DNA of 50,568 nt, taken from NCBI GenBank assembly GCA_964255285.1, contig CAXUUL010000036.1, forward strand, positions 1-50,568, written 5' to 3'. The notes below the pieces were generated by a model. It was given only the letters and a program-made list of their open reading frames with translations, was not told where the DNA came from and did no database searches. Below, one piece after another: positions 26,009 to 39,126 of this stretch; positions within the stretch are counted from its first letter, which is position 1; every line of letters starts with the position of its first letter. Made by a program: the position numbers and the translations under genes. This stretch comes from Ionaspis alba (Eukaryota).

Positions 26009-28562
26009 TCACTTGGGAGTCTTCCTTGGCCGTCCCCTGCCTCTGCCACTAGGAGTTTTTTTCACGCTGCTCCCTCTCAGTCTGACTGCCTCACCTCTCG
26101 CATCTGCAGTCGGTTCCGAAGATAGCGGATCAGGTGTTCCAAGCTCCAGTCTCTGTCCTGAGTTGTGCAAAGTCGCCCTGTTCTGACCATCAGTCTCCAT
26201 CGATGTGGCACTTGGTTTTCGCGAATCATTGTGGTGGCCTGTCCCGAGCGAATTACTGCTCTCTCTGCGAGAACCCGATATTGCTCCTGCGTCAGATGAC
26301 GCGATGGGCGTCGGAAGGACGGGAGACTCGACAATAGCACGCTTCCGTTTAGGCGGTTTCTGGTTTTCGTGTTCGGCCACGACGGTATGGCCGCGATTTT
26401 GTTTGTGTTTATCGTCGGCCACCACCGGTTGCCTTTCCTCTGCCTCTTTCTCCAGTGCTCGGTCGGTGTGGTCTTTTACATGTGAGGCAGACCAAGTAGC
26501 CATTGAAGCAGAGTAAGCACGCATCTCTGCAGGACAAGTCCTGCGCGGACTGTCAGGTACTGTATCCCGATATCTAGCTGGCAACTGCATCGCTGCTGGG
26601 CTTCGAGCCTCTCTTGAGGATCCTGAGCGACCTTGGACTGTCTCTGGTGAGCCTGATGAAGCCTGATCTCTGGATCCTCGATTTGCGGCCGTTGCACGCG
26701 GACTTGGGCTACCAGCCGAACCGACGAGGTTGGCCTTTCTGGGATGTTGGACTGAAGTGGTCCGATTACCTCTAGATAGCTGAAGCGATAGACCTCGAAA
26801 ATTCTTCTGCTTCGATGGGCTGCTCATCAAGCCGTGGCCGTCTTCCTTACTCTTGGACTTGTGCCTTCCATCGTGCTTCATGGAATCAACTCTCATTCTG
26901 TCCAAGATGTCAGTGATAGAAGCACTCACAGCACTGCTGCCACTGGCTTGATTCTTGATGTCCGACATGTTGCTTTGCACGTTCTGCACAGCCCGTGGGG
27001 CTTCCAATGAGGTCGAGGGGAACTGCGAAGGCCACGCTGTGCCGGTGTAGGTAATCTGCATCGGTGACGAGATCCTGGAGGCAGCTAGACTTAGTGCAGT
27101 GGCAGCTTGATCATTTCCAGGGCGAGAAACCTCCTTTGTTGCATTTAAATTCCTTGAAGGAGCAGTCAAGGTATTGTCGTATCCGGAGTTTGGCCTGGCT
27201 CCATTTTCGACGGTCCTTTCCTGAGCATCGGGCACTGTCGAGCGAGCGAGAGAAGAGGGCGGAAGGCTTTTGCGCTTCCGTTGGGCAATAGGTGAAGATT
27301 TCGGTCTGATTTCTGACCTAATTTGCAATGGTGGTGGCTGTGGTGTTGCCATATTGGCGCTGTTTTTCTCGCTTCCTGGACCTTTACGTGAGTTGCTGCT
27401 TACTTTGCGGCTTGTACTTGTTGCGCTCATGGAATGTAACGGCTCTGAGAATGTGACAGTTTCATTCACTTGGTCCGAGATGTTTACCATTGGCAAAGCT
27501 TTTCGCATTGCTGGACGATTTGGCTCCGAACCTGAGCTGGCTTCTTCCCACTGACCAGCGAGAGACTGGGGCAGTCCCAAGGTCTTCAAAAAGATTCTAG
27601 CTCTGGCTAGGTCTCGTCTAGTCGTCTGGTTGACGCCCAATTGATCAGGGTCAACTAGGCCAGTATGATTCTCCTGCCATATATTATGGAATTTGGCTTG
27701 TGAAATCTTCCTTGTATTATTGTCGGCGTCACCCAATAGTAGTCTCTGAACCTGCTCTATGTGCGCTCGGATCTGTGCATCTTCTTGATGCCAGCACTTT
27801 TGACGAAAAGCTTCCAATGCCTTGACCTCGGCTATCTCAGGGTAGGTCAGTCGAAGTCTCAGCCATGCCTCCTCGTGGGCTATTCCCGTTTCCTCGAGCG
27901 AATCAATGATCCGTAATTGGTGGGCTGCCGATAAGTCCTTCCAAGCAATGCGAGAATTATCGTGGTTCGGAGTCTACGGTGCTTTGTGTCAGTATCTAGA
28001 CCATGTCTGGCAAGCCTGCAGCACTGACCTGTAGTTCTATCACGGCAGACAGCTCTTGACGTTCGTCTCCAGAACGTGTTTCTTCATCACTGGTCTCCAT
28101 GGCAGAATCGATCATCTCCTCACTTGTCATGAAACTGCTCTGAGGGAAAATGGCCGAGTTGTGTTGGGATGCTCTGCTCAACAATCGATTGCTTGGGTTC
28201 GAACGGACCATCTTCGGTAACATCACATCTGGCGTTCCAGATCGAGACTCGGTTATCAACGTCGAAGCGGTGGAAGACATTTCCCCAATATCCAGTGGTG
28301 TGCTGTTCCCAACGTCGTGTGGTTGAACATCTTTCTCTGCATCCTTGCCAAGCGATCTTTCTCGGTGTCTGTCACTTTTGGCAGGTACAGGTGAGTCGAG
28401 TGTTGGAAAGGCAGCTGGAGGCAGGTGCGGGTTGTATTCGATGAACGGAGGATGGAATAGAGGCTTGCTGTCGCCGCTTGGTATGTACCGGCTCTCGTAT
28501 GGAGCATCTGAGATTTCGGGTTCATATCTCTTAGGTGCCCGTATTTTCTTGCGAAGCTCCAT
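26009..28562 (-). CDS. Hypothetical, largely disordered nuclear protein with a C-terminal AT-hook
   Basis: Two long ORFs joined by one GT-AG intron (about 27974-28029). N-terminal MELRKKIRAPKRYE and IEYNPHLPPAAFPTL blocks; C-terminal GRGRGRPRK. Confidence 0.75.
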
Positions 28563-29018
28563 GTTTGCCTGAATCGCAAGGTGACAGAGATAAGAAGATT
28601 CAAGAGAAGAAGGAAGCAAACTGATTGGGTTACGAGCAGACCCGAGATAGATTCACGGGTGTTGACGCATGGGACTGGATGTGAATGGGCCAAAGTGAAT
28701 GCTTTTGAGACCTCTGGATGTGAGGTACCACCATTCGCGCTATGCATGAACGGACGTGGTAACTCAACACATTGTCTTGTCGCGCTAGAGTAACGCACGT
28801 GTGAATGTGTTGTCCAGAATTTCCATCTTCATAGCATAGGCATATCACCGGCACTTCATCTATGGCATGAATATCAGGTATTGTCAGGGTGGACCACGAA
28901 TGCTTTGTGGTCCCTCATATCCCTATCTTTGATCTTCTGCCCAGCGCTTGGGAGAAGCAAATGCGGAGTAGCAACTTGGTTCACAACATCATCCAAATAT
29001 CACGCCGCTCAGATAGTC

Positions 29019-30059
29019 TCAAGCTTGTTCGTCACCAAGGTCATCCTCAAACGGAGCATAGCCCGCTCTCTTCTCAAATCTTTCATAGTCCATTTGGCCC
29101 AACCCATTCGGCACATCGGTGTCATCTTCATAAGCATCATGAAGAGTTCTCTTGGTAGTCCGTTTCGCCGAGGCGGCAGTCGAACTTATGTAATGGCTGC
29201 CGATATCACTATGATATTGCTCGTGAGAGGAGTGGTTGGCAACATCTCGTCTGGCACGCAGGATCATCTCGAAGGATTGTAGCAGGTACCTCAAGGAGTC
29301 ATCAAACGATACGCAGAAGCGTTGCGCCTGGATAATCTGAAGGGCTGTTACGAGATCGAAAGAGAACATTGCCATCATGTAAGCCGCCACGACAGTCGCA
29401 GAACGCTCATTGCCAGACTCGCAAAACACCAGCACCTTGCCAGGAAGAGAATGGTTAGCACCATGGTTTGGCACTGTATGAGAGCTGTTCTTCGTCTGGT
29501 CTGGGTGAAACATTGTGGCGAGGTGGAGATTGATGATTTCAATAGCTCGTGGAAATGCAGCGATGAGCTCCTGGTTACCGGTGACATCGACGAAATGACA
29601 CGGTATTTCGAGCTCTCTTGCCGCTTTCGACCCAAGGAGCTTGGCCTGAGCCGACATAGTATCACGCACTGCCATGATCATAGTGATTCCCTCATGCTGA
29701 AGGAAGTCGCGATCCCGAGCTGCCGAAACCGGGCCAAGGAACAGGAATGGAAGTATCTTCTGGGCCATACGGCGCTGCTCGTATTTCCAGTCCATGATAT
29801 TACTAGTGAGCATAAAATCACCATAGGTGACGGTCTTGAGGAACTCTGTGTTCGCGAATCCATTAGACTCAAACGCTGCTCGTCCTCCAAGTGTGATCAG
29901 GAAATCGGGAGTGCCATCCGAAGTGACGTTAGGTGGCGGAACAGCAATACGAGGGGGTGAAGGGACTCTGTAGCTGTACTCATGAGCTGGTAGATGTGGT
30001 GTAGTCGACCTTCCGTGCGGCTGGTCAACCTCCACTCCTGAGCTAATTGGTAGGAGCAT
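29019..30059 (-). CDS. STYX-like dual-specificity phosphatase-domain protein
   Basis: Single exon with DWKYEQRRMAQKILPFLFLGP, P-loop KVLVFCESGNERSATVVAAYMM and QAQRFC. Confidence 0.88.
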   Translation of the reverse strand: MLLPISSGVEVDQPHGRSTTPHLPAHEYSYRVPSPPRIAVPPPNVTSDGTPDFLITLGGRAAFESNGFANTEFLKTVTYGDFMLTSNIMDWKYEQRRMAQKILPFLFLGPVSAARDRDFLQHEGITMIMAVRDTMSAQAKLLGSKAARELEIPCHFVDVTGNQELIAAFPRAIEIINLHLATMFHPDQTKNSSHTVPNHGANHSLPGKVLVFCESGNERSATVVAAYMMAMFSFDLVTALQIIQAQRFCVSFDDSLRYLLQSFEMILRARRDVANHSSHEQYHSDIGSHYISSTAASAKRTTKRTLHDAYEDDTDVPNGLGQMDYERFEKRAGYAPFEDDLGDEQA

Positions 30060-30630
30060 CCTGATCTCAGTCGATGGACTATGACAGCAGGAAGCTCATA
30101 CTATGGAGGCGCAGAGATGAGCTCCCCGTAAATTTCAATTAAAGTATCAAGTCGGTTTTGAGTTGACGTCTGCCCGAAGAGCTGAGGGAAGCAGAGAGTG
30201 AGGTGTTTCTGGAAGAACAAAACACTGCAAGTTGACGCAGGACTGAATGAGAATAACCAGCCTGCGTCAAGGCTCATGACAGATGAATATACACCTTTTT
30301 GCATAGAGTTGAAGTCTACAAAACTCCTTTGTCTTCCGCTTGGTAAAAGGTAGAGCAGACGTGCCTGCTTGCCCAGTCGCGCCACTGCAAGTCGATGGGA
30401 TATAGAAATAGAATGCAGCATGAAGGTTAATCCGGCCGATGACCCTCGGCCCTGTGAACACGCTACTTTTAGCTGCAATTTGTTCGAGTATCTCCTTTCA
30501 GCATCCGAGACGACATATCGCAAATAATTTGCATCTTGCTTTGAGTCCTTTAACGGAGTGTCAAAGCCCTACTTTACGGCTATGTGTGGCTATAACCAAG
30601 CTCAGTCCAGCATAGCTTTAGCTCTTCATC

Positions 30631-33399
30631 ATGGTAGGAAGTGTGGTAGTGCCACTGCAGAGCAATGGCCTGCCCAGTGCTCAGCAAGACTCAAAGCAAG
30701 TCTCAGAGTACAAGAGGATCCTGCGAGTTCACGATGAGATCTTTGCGGGTACTCACCCACGTCTGACCTTATCATCAAATGCTCCACGCAATGTGACATC
30801 TTACACAGCTAGCTCCCCTCAGAAACCACTCTCCCAGTCTAATGGTGTTCATGTCTCAGCTCCTTCCAATTCCCATGCATCAGAGAATGCCCTAAACAAG
30901 TCCCCATCGAAGGCAAAATCATCTGCGCAATCTCTGTCGACCCAGAGTACGAGCACTCGCCAGTTCTCCAGTGCTCAGAACGGATCCGTGGGCCTTGACC
31001 CTATCTTCCTGACCAAATCGGATGACCTGATTCGGGCAGAGATGAAGTTGGAAAGACAACGTATTGAACGCGCATTGGAAGAGCAAGTCCAACAAAGGAG
31101 ACTGGGTACTAGACAGCGTATCTCGGAGCAGGAAGCGCTTCCGGATTTCGATGTATCTGAGGTGCTCCAACAAGCGCAAGAGCTTGTCAAGCCAATACTT
31201 GCTGCTGATACAAGCGGTGCTAACGGCGCTGCTTCTTCCAGTGATTCGTTTGACGATAATACTTTCTATTCCAGCCAAATGAACGACTCCGCAGTTGAGG
31301 ATCTGGATGAGCCCATGAAGCGGAGAAAGACAAGACCTTGCAAATACTTTTTCGAAGGTAGTTGTCGGAAAGGCGATACGTGCATTTATTCTCATGACTC
31401 TGCGTTCAAACAACAGCTACAGGCAGGCGGGTCATTGACGATGGAATTAGATAATTCTGATACCGTGCGAGACATGGAAACACTTCCTTCTAATGGACGC
31501 ATACATTATGGTGCCTTGGCCGGCGACAATCGGTATCTATCGGACACAGAATATGAACGAGGACGAACCTCGAAAGGACATGTGAGTGGCAAGTCACTGG
31601 GCCAGGCAAATAATGGATCAAGGGCAATGCAAAATCCACGTGCAGAAGCTGCACGAGTGGCAAGAGAAATGCAACATGGTCCTCGTGAAGAGAATGACCA
31701 TTCTATGGTCTCTCGCGCTGACTACAATGAACATCATCAGCAAGTGGTGCAACCTCAATATGAAACACACTCGCCAAACAGGTACGCTCGTCCAGATCTG
31801 GCCACTAGACGTGCGGAGCGCCGTTCCTCCTTGCCGAGAAACGTTCAAGTCGTGAGAAATCATATTACGTCCCCAGTGGCACCCCAACCAGCCCGTGTCT
31901 CTCCGCTTGCAGTGGCCAAAGTTCCTAGGCTTGAGCAAGTGCGACGTATCGACCATAACGAGTGCAGTCCTCGGAGCACTGGACTATCGTCGGCTATGCA
32001 AAAGAGTCCTGCAGACACGACGCAGCCAGCAAATTCAAGGAAGCGACGAAGGGAGCCAGATTCCATTGACTTGACCAGGAACGTTTCGTCTCGAAGACTC
32101 CTCGATTCTCCTGGCCCTTACATCAAGGAGGAACCCATCTCACCTCCACCATTTTCAGCATATCCATCACGCCAATACCTACAGGAAGACAGCGTTGGCA
32201 GGCAACCTCGATTTGTTGAGATTACATCACCTCGTCATCGAGAGCCAGTAGTTTATCGTCGGAACAATCTTGATGAGTCAATCAGCGAGTCATTAAATGC
32301 ACCTCGAGTAGCAACACCTGTCATACGCCATGTTGTGTCAAGAGGTGGAGAAGGTTCAGAACCACGGCAAGGCCTCGATCGTCGACGTATCGTCAGCGCA
32401 AGACAGCCACGGCGCATGGTTTCGCCACAGCAAGACGTAGAACGTCATTCTGCGCACCATCCACGTTCTGCGAGAGCCATATCTCACTCTTATGCGATCC
32501 GCCCGGACGTGGAGCAGCAACGCGATCACCGAGCGTCAGTGCAACCACTGCCGCTCACATATGCTCGTCCCGATCTGTCGCCAGAACTACGGCATATTCC
32601 ATATTCTCCTATCGAACGGGACGTTCAGCCAATGGCTCCGCCACCTCGACGTATTGTGGTAGATCAATATGGCAACAAATACTACGAGGCTCCCTTGCCT
32701 CAGGAGAGGATGGTGTCAGTCGTACCAGCGTTGCCTCGCTCGCAATCTCGAGCTGCGACCCAGTCATTTGACCCTCCCAGAGCCACGGAAGGCTCGTTCC
32801 AGAGAAATGCGCCTAGAGTGGTCAGTACTAGTCAGCTTGCACAACCTTACAAGCCTTTGAACTATACCCAACGACTTGTTTCTCCTGAACCTCCGTCCCC
32901 TCGGTATATTGAGTACTACGATGCGGCTGAACACGTACGCATGCCGTCGCAGCAAACCGTCTACGAGCCGAGGGAGGAAGTATATCGTGATCGTAACGGA
33001 CTGGTCCGAGTGGTTGACTATGGACAAGACGAACGAGCACCTCGTCTCGAAGAGCTACCGAGGGCAGCCTCCCGCATGCAGAGTGTTCGGCCAAGTGTTG
33101 CCCAATACGAGGCGCCACGAGAGTACCCGGCCAGAATGCAGACCGTACAGCCGGAACATGAGCGCATGATGGATGCAGGAGGGCTTCGCGAGGTCCGGCC
33201 GCCGACTTTCCGCCAAATGAGCCTGCGGGCCGACGATAGATATGAAAGAGCTCCCACATATGTCACGTCGGAGAGAAGACCCAGGTATCAGTATGTGGCA
33301 AATCCTCAGGATCGATTTGTCGATGTTGGGATGGAGGGCGATCGTATAATGATGGAGGCTCCAAGGGATGGGAGGGTTCAACCTTTACAGAGGCTCTGA
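30631..33399 (+). CDS. CCCH (C3H1) zinc-finger protein, mostly low-complexity
   Basis: 922 aa single-exon ORF with C-x7-C-x5-C-x3-H (PCKYFFEGSCRKGDTCIYSH) and short conserved-looking blocks (IFAGTHPRL, DPIFLTKSDDL, HITSPVAPQPARVSPLA, IVVDQYGNKYY). Confidence 0.85.
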   Translation: MVGSVVVPLQSNGLPSAQQDSKQVSEYKRILRVHDEIFAGTHPRLTLSSNAPRNVTSYTASSPQKPLSQSNGVHVSAPSNSHASENALNKSPSKAKSSAQSLSTQSTSTRQFSSAQNGSVGLDPIFLTKSDDLIRAEMKLERQRIERALEEQVQQRRLGTRQRISEQEALPDFDVSEVLQQAQELVKPILAADTSGANGAASSSDSFDDNTFYSSQMNDSAVEDLDEPMKRRKTRPCKYFFEGSCRKGDTCIYSHDSAFKQQLQAGGSLTMELDNSDTVRDMETLPSNGRIHYGALAGDNRYLSDTEYERGRTSKGHVSGKSLGQANNGSRAMQNPRAEAARVAREMQHGPREENDHSMVSRADYNEHHQQVVQPQYETHSPNRYARPDLATRRAERRSSLPRNVQVVRNHITSPVAPQPARVSPLAVAKVPRLEQVRRIDHNECSPRSTGLSSAMQKSPADTTQPANSRKRRREPDSIDLTRNVSSRRLLDSPGPYIKEEPISPPPFSAYPSRQYLQEDSVGRQPRFVEITSPRHREPVVYRRNNLDESISESLNAPRVATPVIRHVVSRGGEGSEPRQGLDRRRIVSARQPRRMVSPQQDVERHSAHHPRSARAISHSYAIRPDVEQQRDHRASVQPLPLTYARPDLSPELRHIPYSPIERDVQPMAPPPRRIVVDQYGNKYYEAPLPQERMVSVVPALPRSQSRAATQSFDPPRATEGSFQRNAPRVVSTSQLAQPYKPLNYTQRLVSPEPPSPRYIEYYDAAEHVRMPSQQTVYEPREEVYRDRNGLVRVVDYGQDERAPRLEELPRAASRMQSVRPSVAQYEAPREYPARMQTVQPEHERMMDAGGLREVRPPTFRQMSLRADDRYERAPTYVTSERRPRYQYVANPQDRFVDVGMEGDRIMMEAPRDGRVQPLQRL

Positions 33400-34320
33400 A
33401 AGTCGGCAATGAGTTCAAGGACAAGTCTGTTACTTCTAGTCACTGTCTCGTTACATTTGCAACATCCTTTGATGCTTCCCAAAATCGTAATGAGGGCTTT
33501 ATCGAGGGCTTGCTTTTGATTGGATATGGACCAGCAGCCCCTTGATTTTCACGTGTCAAGATAGAAGACCATGGTGCTTTGTAACTATCTTTTCATCGAT
33601 CAAATACGTAGTCTTAAAGCTGCAGTACAGATCTACCGTCCTCCTTGGTCAGGATATACAACCCGAATCCATGTGAGCAAATGACGGAAAGGAAAATAGA
33701 TAGTCTCGATATGGTCAGCCGTGAAGCAATGAGTATAGATACTAAGGTTCCTTCTCATCGACCTGGACACTCGCAATGTGTTCGATCAATCATCCACCTG
33801 CATTAGGCCCCAAGAACCCTGAGAGCCACGATAAGCAATTTCCTCCCTGAGCCCAGTAATCGTATTATTGATGGATCCATGCTGACCGTAGACTCTTCCT
33901 CCCATTCCCTAGTCTTGATGGGCAGCTGAGCAAGTGCACGATAAATGTAGAGATCACATACTTTACGGGGAAGGGTCACCGAAGGCCTAATTGAATGTGA
34001 AGACATATTTATGATGCAGCTGTGGCCTTCCTCTTGGGTGTTGTGCCGAGACTACTGATAGCTGAATGATGTGGGTGGTGGGATGAGCTGTGGACTACGT
34101 AGCACAGGGGTGCTACACGCGAAGACCATCCTGGTTCTAGCTGCCATGGCACGGTCATCGAAGCCGCCGACTCCAACTGGACGCCTGTTCTTCCCTCTCG
34201 TTTGTGCCCTGAACACTTCCAACTCCCACCACTGTTCCCCCTTCAGCTCTCCAGCTGCTACGTGCAATCCTCCCTTCTCCATTCCTCGTGCTTCGCTGCA
34301 CGAATGTTGACGGTCGGACG

Positions 34321-37300
34321 ATGCAGAAGTTGAGCAATTTGACCGGGCAGGCTCGCCATGGCTGGGAAAAGGTGACGCCCGCTGGCTTCATGGGTCGCCC
34401 CAATGTCGACCATGCCTCTGTCCCAGCTCCAATCAAACGGAATCTCGCACCCGCACCTATGTCTCCTCTCCCCCTCGCCGATAGCCTCGTAAACCTCTCC
34501 TTCAACGTGCCTTTCGCGTCCAACCTACCCGGACCAAATGCCAACGAGATTCTCCATGCGAGCCCTGGGGCTTTTCAGAAATGGACTCACCCGGAAGCCT
34601 CGGACGAAGATACACCTATACACAAGCTGCCCGTACACACACGGAATGTGGAGTATCTGAGAGAATTGTGCAAAGAGATTGGCAAACATACAGGTGGTCG
34701 AGTGGAGGCTACAGTCACTTGTTCGGAACCCAAGCCAGTCCTACCCGCCGTACAGAGACGATCTCCCAAAGGCCTCATCACAAATGTTTGTGTATCTGGA
34801 GATGGAGATTCTGTACAGAAGATGAGAGCCAAGATATTGAACCAAACACCAATAGCTCTGGTATTTTCTGGTACAGCGCTCGGACCCATCGGCGTTTGCT
34901 GACATGGAATAGAAATGTGCTATCGTTGACATCGACACGAAATATGTTGTGGATGCCACTCTCAATGGAATCAAAGTTACAGTCCTCGAGCACATCGACA
35001 AGATTGCCAAGTTCACAGGGAGTGATATTTTCCTCTTGAATTCTAAGCCTGCGGATCCCGAAGGACTAACATCGAGCTACGCAAATGGCTCGGACCAAAC
35101 TCTTGACCAACGATTACGAATCGCCATCTATGGGGATCCAGAGAGCTCAGAGCATGCGAAGATGCGGGTTCTCATCATGATTGATCAGATTGTACTTTAA
35201 TAACATTCTTTCGTTGTTATGATCGATACTAACACAAGGATCTAGCTCAAACGTTCTGTCGACATGATGAAACTCGAGCTGTCCCTACACACCATCATAT
35301 GCGGACGAACACGTAAGAATATCAGACTGATCGAGTCTGCCACGAATACTGCAATTTATTTCCCACCTCCATTTCCTCGAGTCTATGGTTACACTCCACC
35401 AGGCGCTGTCCGAAGAGGGGAAGACGAGGTTTGGATTACCAGTGAAAGTCTTGACAATATCAAGCAGGCAAAGGCCAAATTGCATGAGCTGGTCATGAAC
35501 ACCAAGTGCTACGTCAAGGAGGTCATGGTTTCGGCGCAGAAAATCGACAGTATACTCCTTGACCGCCTGGATAAGGTCCGAAAGGTCATGGAGGTGAATG
35601 GCTCCTACGTGCTATTTCCCCCATTGGGCAGTCAACGAGGTGTCATCAGAGTGCAAGGGACTGAGATTCTGCACGTCGAAAGGACTGTCCGCGAGATCAT
35701 GGCACTGGTGGGTCACTATTGATGTTTGGGAGAGGATTTCACAACTGACAGAACGACAGGCTGGTCAATTCTACAGCGCATCGTGGTGGATCCTTTCGCC
35801 AGACCGAGAGCAGGGGGCTTCAATGCGGGCTCCTACTCCTGCAGATATCCGCATTATGCTCTCCGATATTTGCATCAATTCTGGTGCCGATCTTGCATTT
35901 GAGAAGTTCAATTTCTCGATCAACGGATCCGATGATGCTGTCAAGGCTGCCATGATAGTGATCAACGATATTCAGTTTGTCAAGCGTGCCCAGTATCAAA
36001 TGAGAGTCAAGATAGAGCTTGCAAATGAACACAAGGAGTTTGTCAGTGGCAAGAAGAACGGCAAGATCAACAAGATCATGGGTCAAAGTAAGTTGCATAT
36101 TCGTACATTTCTGTTTCACGGGAGCTGATAAGTTGTCAGGCAATGTGCAAATCATCTTCGATGGCTTCAACGAGTACAACTTCTACATCGATGTGTGTGG
36201 AGGGCAGTACGAAGCCACCAAGAATGGACTCGATCTTGTCGAGCAAGAAATGCCGGCTTCGATCTCGTTTCACGTACCTGACCAATACCACAAGCGTATC
36301 ATTGGCATTGGAGGACAACACATTCAACGTATCATGAAGAAATATTCCGTCTTTGTGAAGTTCTCTAATGCCATGGATCGCGGTGGAGTTGGCAAGGAGG
36401 ATGATGACATCAAGGTTGACAATGTCATTTGTCGCACTCCAGCTCGCAATGCCCAGAGCCTGGACATGGTGAAGCAGGAGATTATGGACATGGTGGAGAA
36501 AGTGGTACGTGAACCTGAAGATCAAGATCGCGATCAAGATCACGGCACCCCTACGTCTGTTTTTGAGCCAGCAAGTCCGATCTGACGTCTCGTGTGATGT
36601 GTGAAGGATGCGGAATTCGTCTCAGAAACCGTCGTCATCAATCGCCTGTATCATAGAGAGCTCATCGCTCGCATGTCCAAGATCGAAGAGCTTGAGAAGA
36701 AATGGAATTGCAAAATTGATTTTCCGAGCACCGAAATGGCAAGTGATGTAGTCACCATTTCTGGTCCCGAATATCAAGTTCCTCAAGCCCTTGATGAATT
36801 TCTGGTATGTGTAAAGCTTTATTTCTTGCCTTCCGTGCTGCGGAACTAAAAGTCTACAGGGCATGGTGCCAGAGAACCATGAGCTTGTCCTACCGGGCAC
36901 TCCGCAGTTGCGCCATTTCTTCAAATCAGAGGATTTTCAAGTTGACATCCGCAATAAACTCAAGGCGCAATACGAAGTGGAGCTATACGTCCACGAAGAT
37001 GCTCCTAACATAGACGATGTCACCGGCACCACCGAAGAACGTCTTCTGCTCTCTTATACCCGCAACAACGCCGGTGGCTTGAAGGATGCCATTGATTTCT
37101 TGGTGTCTCAGCTTGTACCACACGGTCTCGATGCATCCACTGTCAAAGGTGCAATTCCAAGGCCCAAATCTGATTCTTTTGAAGAATCCTTGCCTTTCTT
37201 CAACTCGAAATTGCTGCAACATGCACCACCACCTCTAGTAACAGATTCTCCAACCCGGTCTACTTTCGGCGGCGATGATGCCAGTGAACGAGGATCTCTT

Positions 37301-37669
37301 TTCGATAAGCTTCGCAAACCCGGCAGCATCTCTTCGCTATCCTCGTTCCTCGAGCGTCGCAAAAATCAATCAGGCTCGCCGGGCTCATTCTTCAAGCACG
37401 CTTCCAGCAACGCCTCCAAAGCTTCTCTCGTCTCCATGGAGTCTCGTGACAGCGGCTACCGCAACCCCTGGAACGATAGCGGCGTCAACCTTCCTGACGA
37501 CGACATGAACAATGGATGGCCCATTCGTTTCGACAACAAACCTCCTTTTAGTACCATGCCTGGTGACTCAACCCCCAAACATGAACCCAGGCCTTCTTTT
37601 GATAGCGGGCGTCCGGCTACTTCTCATTCACTCAATGGATACCCGGCCCCAATAGGGCCACCTCGTTAG
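34321..37669 (+). CDS. Multi-KH-domain RNA-binding protein (Mug60/Khd4-like)
   Basis: Seven exons with GT-AG introns. KH loop motifs HKEFVSGKKNGKINKIM and YHKRIIGIGGQHIQRIMKKYSVFVKFSN; also FPPPFPRVYGY. Confidence 0.9.
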
Positions 37670-39120
37670 GGATACGGGAAAGAAAAACTCGTGGATTTGA
37701 GTCTTCTTGCTTGTGTTTCGTCTTTCCTTTCCTCCGTGTCTGCTGATCGTTTTTGCTTGGTCTATGCTATGATGTGACGCAAACAAATACCCCTGAAGTA
37801 ACTTGATGCGGAAAAAGTAATACAGTCTGGCAACCATATGCTTATGTGGGGCGGTCTGTCTTTCTCTCCTCCGGCTTGCTATGCTACTGTTTTTCGTTTT
37901 CTTTGTTTCTGATTGGGAATGTGAAGAAATATACCAATTTGCTTGTGGGTTAGTGGCGCTGGAAGATTGGTGCTTGATTTTTCCTATAGCTGAGATACAC
38001 CTTCCTTCATATAACGAAGAAGAATGAATGCTGAGATAAAGCAATAAAACCTTGTCGAACCCCTCATGCTCCGAGCCTACTTGAAAGTCGAGGAAGCAAA
38101 AATTTACCACAGGGACTTAGGTCGAACCGAACCCCTTCCCTGAATCTTAGCGTGACCATTTTCGCATTTGCGCTTTGCCACAAGTTTCACTCTGTTTACA
38201 TTTCTGTCCAGATCCTGAGGATCAAAAGGTAATATCATTCCTTCTCGGCTACTCTTGGTGTTGCTCGCAGGATCCATGGCGCTGTCGCAGATTGGCCAGT
38301 GTTCCCACTCCACCCTACTGACCGGCACCAAGTCCTCAAAACTAGGGAAGCTACCTAGAACTCGTGTGGAGGACCGCTACGTGAGTCCGATCAGGCACTA
38401 GGTACGGTTCATTTGTGTCACATCATGTCGAGCTCGTGACTGCGGGATTGAGCATGTTTGGAAGACACTGAGGACGTCAGAAACTAGGGACGCAAAGGGG
38501 TGTAGCGTGACATTGGCTTGGTGAACCGAAGACCGTTGGTCCGGAATAAAGGCAGAGGATCCGTCAATTCGAGGAAGAGCGGCTTCGTTGTTCGAGTGCT
38601 ATTATGTGGTGTGTGCATGTGCTTTTGGTGAGCTTCCCTTTGATCCAACATGTCCGGCTCCTTACATCCGTATTGGTGCTACGGTATAGTGAGGCGTGAT
38701 CTGTTTCCATGAAGCTACCACTTTTGTCGTCAAATCCATCTATGTCAGCGTTACACGAGCCAGTCACCTGGCATACACGCGATCCACGCCGTGGACGGGA
38801 GACACGTCCCCGTTCACCATGCACAAACTCATGAAACATCTCTAGCGTCGTGTTGATCGAGGCTGCAGTCGAAGACTTGAAGCGTTCGCAGGGCTTGAGA
38901 CTTTCCGCATCTACGACATTTCGGGGATCACCATGGCTTATGGTGCATAGCCGTTTTGCTGCCTGAAATGCAGGCTTCCGAGTCCATCTTGGAAAACACG
39001 ATCGGGTATCGGGTATGACGACGGCAAGGCACTCGACGCAACTACAACTTCGCTGGGGGACAATACGGGCTCTCTCAGATCAATGGCATAACTTTTGTAC
39101 GATTTGAAGAGAGCTCTAGA

Positions 39121-39126
39121 TATAAA
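39121..39126 (+). promoter_or_regulatory. Candidate TATA box for the small secreted protein gene
   Basis: TATAAA about 155 nt upstream of the ATG at 39276. Confidence 0.45.

Noticed and set aside
29322..29960. Long antisense ORFs (e.g. 212 aa opposite the STYX-like gene, 155 aa opposite END3, 159 aa at 45717-46196)
   Set aside because: Shadow ORFs of real genes caused by codon and strand composition bias; no motifs.
8990..30059. Functional clustering of cullin-1 with the STYX-like gene (human STYX regulates SCF F-box proteins)
   Set aside because: They are about 17 kb apart with seven unrelated genes between; chance is sufficient.
36505..36606. GATCAAGATC tandem repeat and open reading into a KH-gene intron (DQDRDQDH)
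   Set aside because: Two-copy micro-duplication within a normal intron; no evidence of a functional alternative C-terminus.
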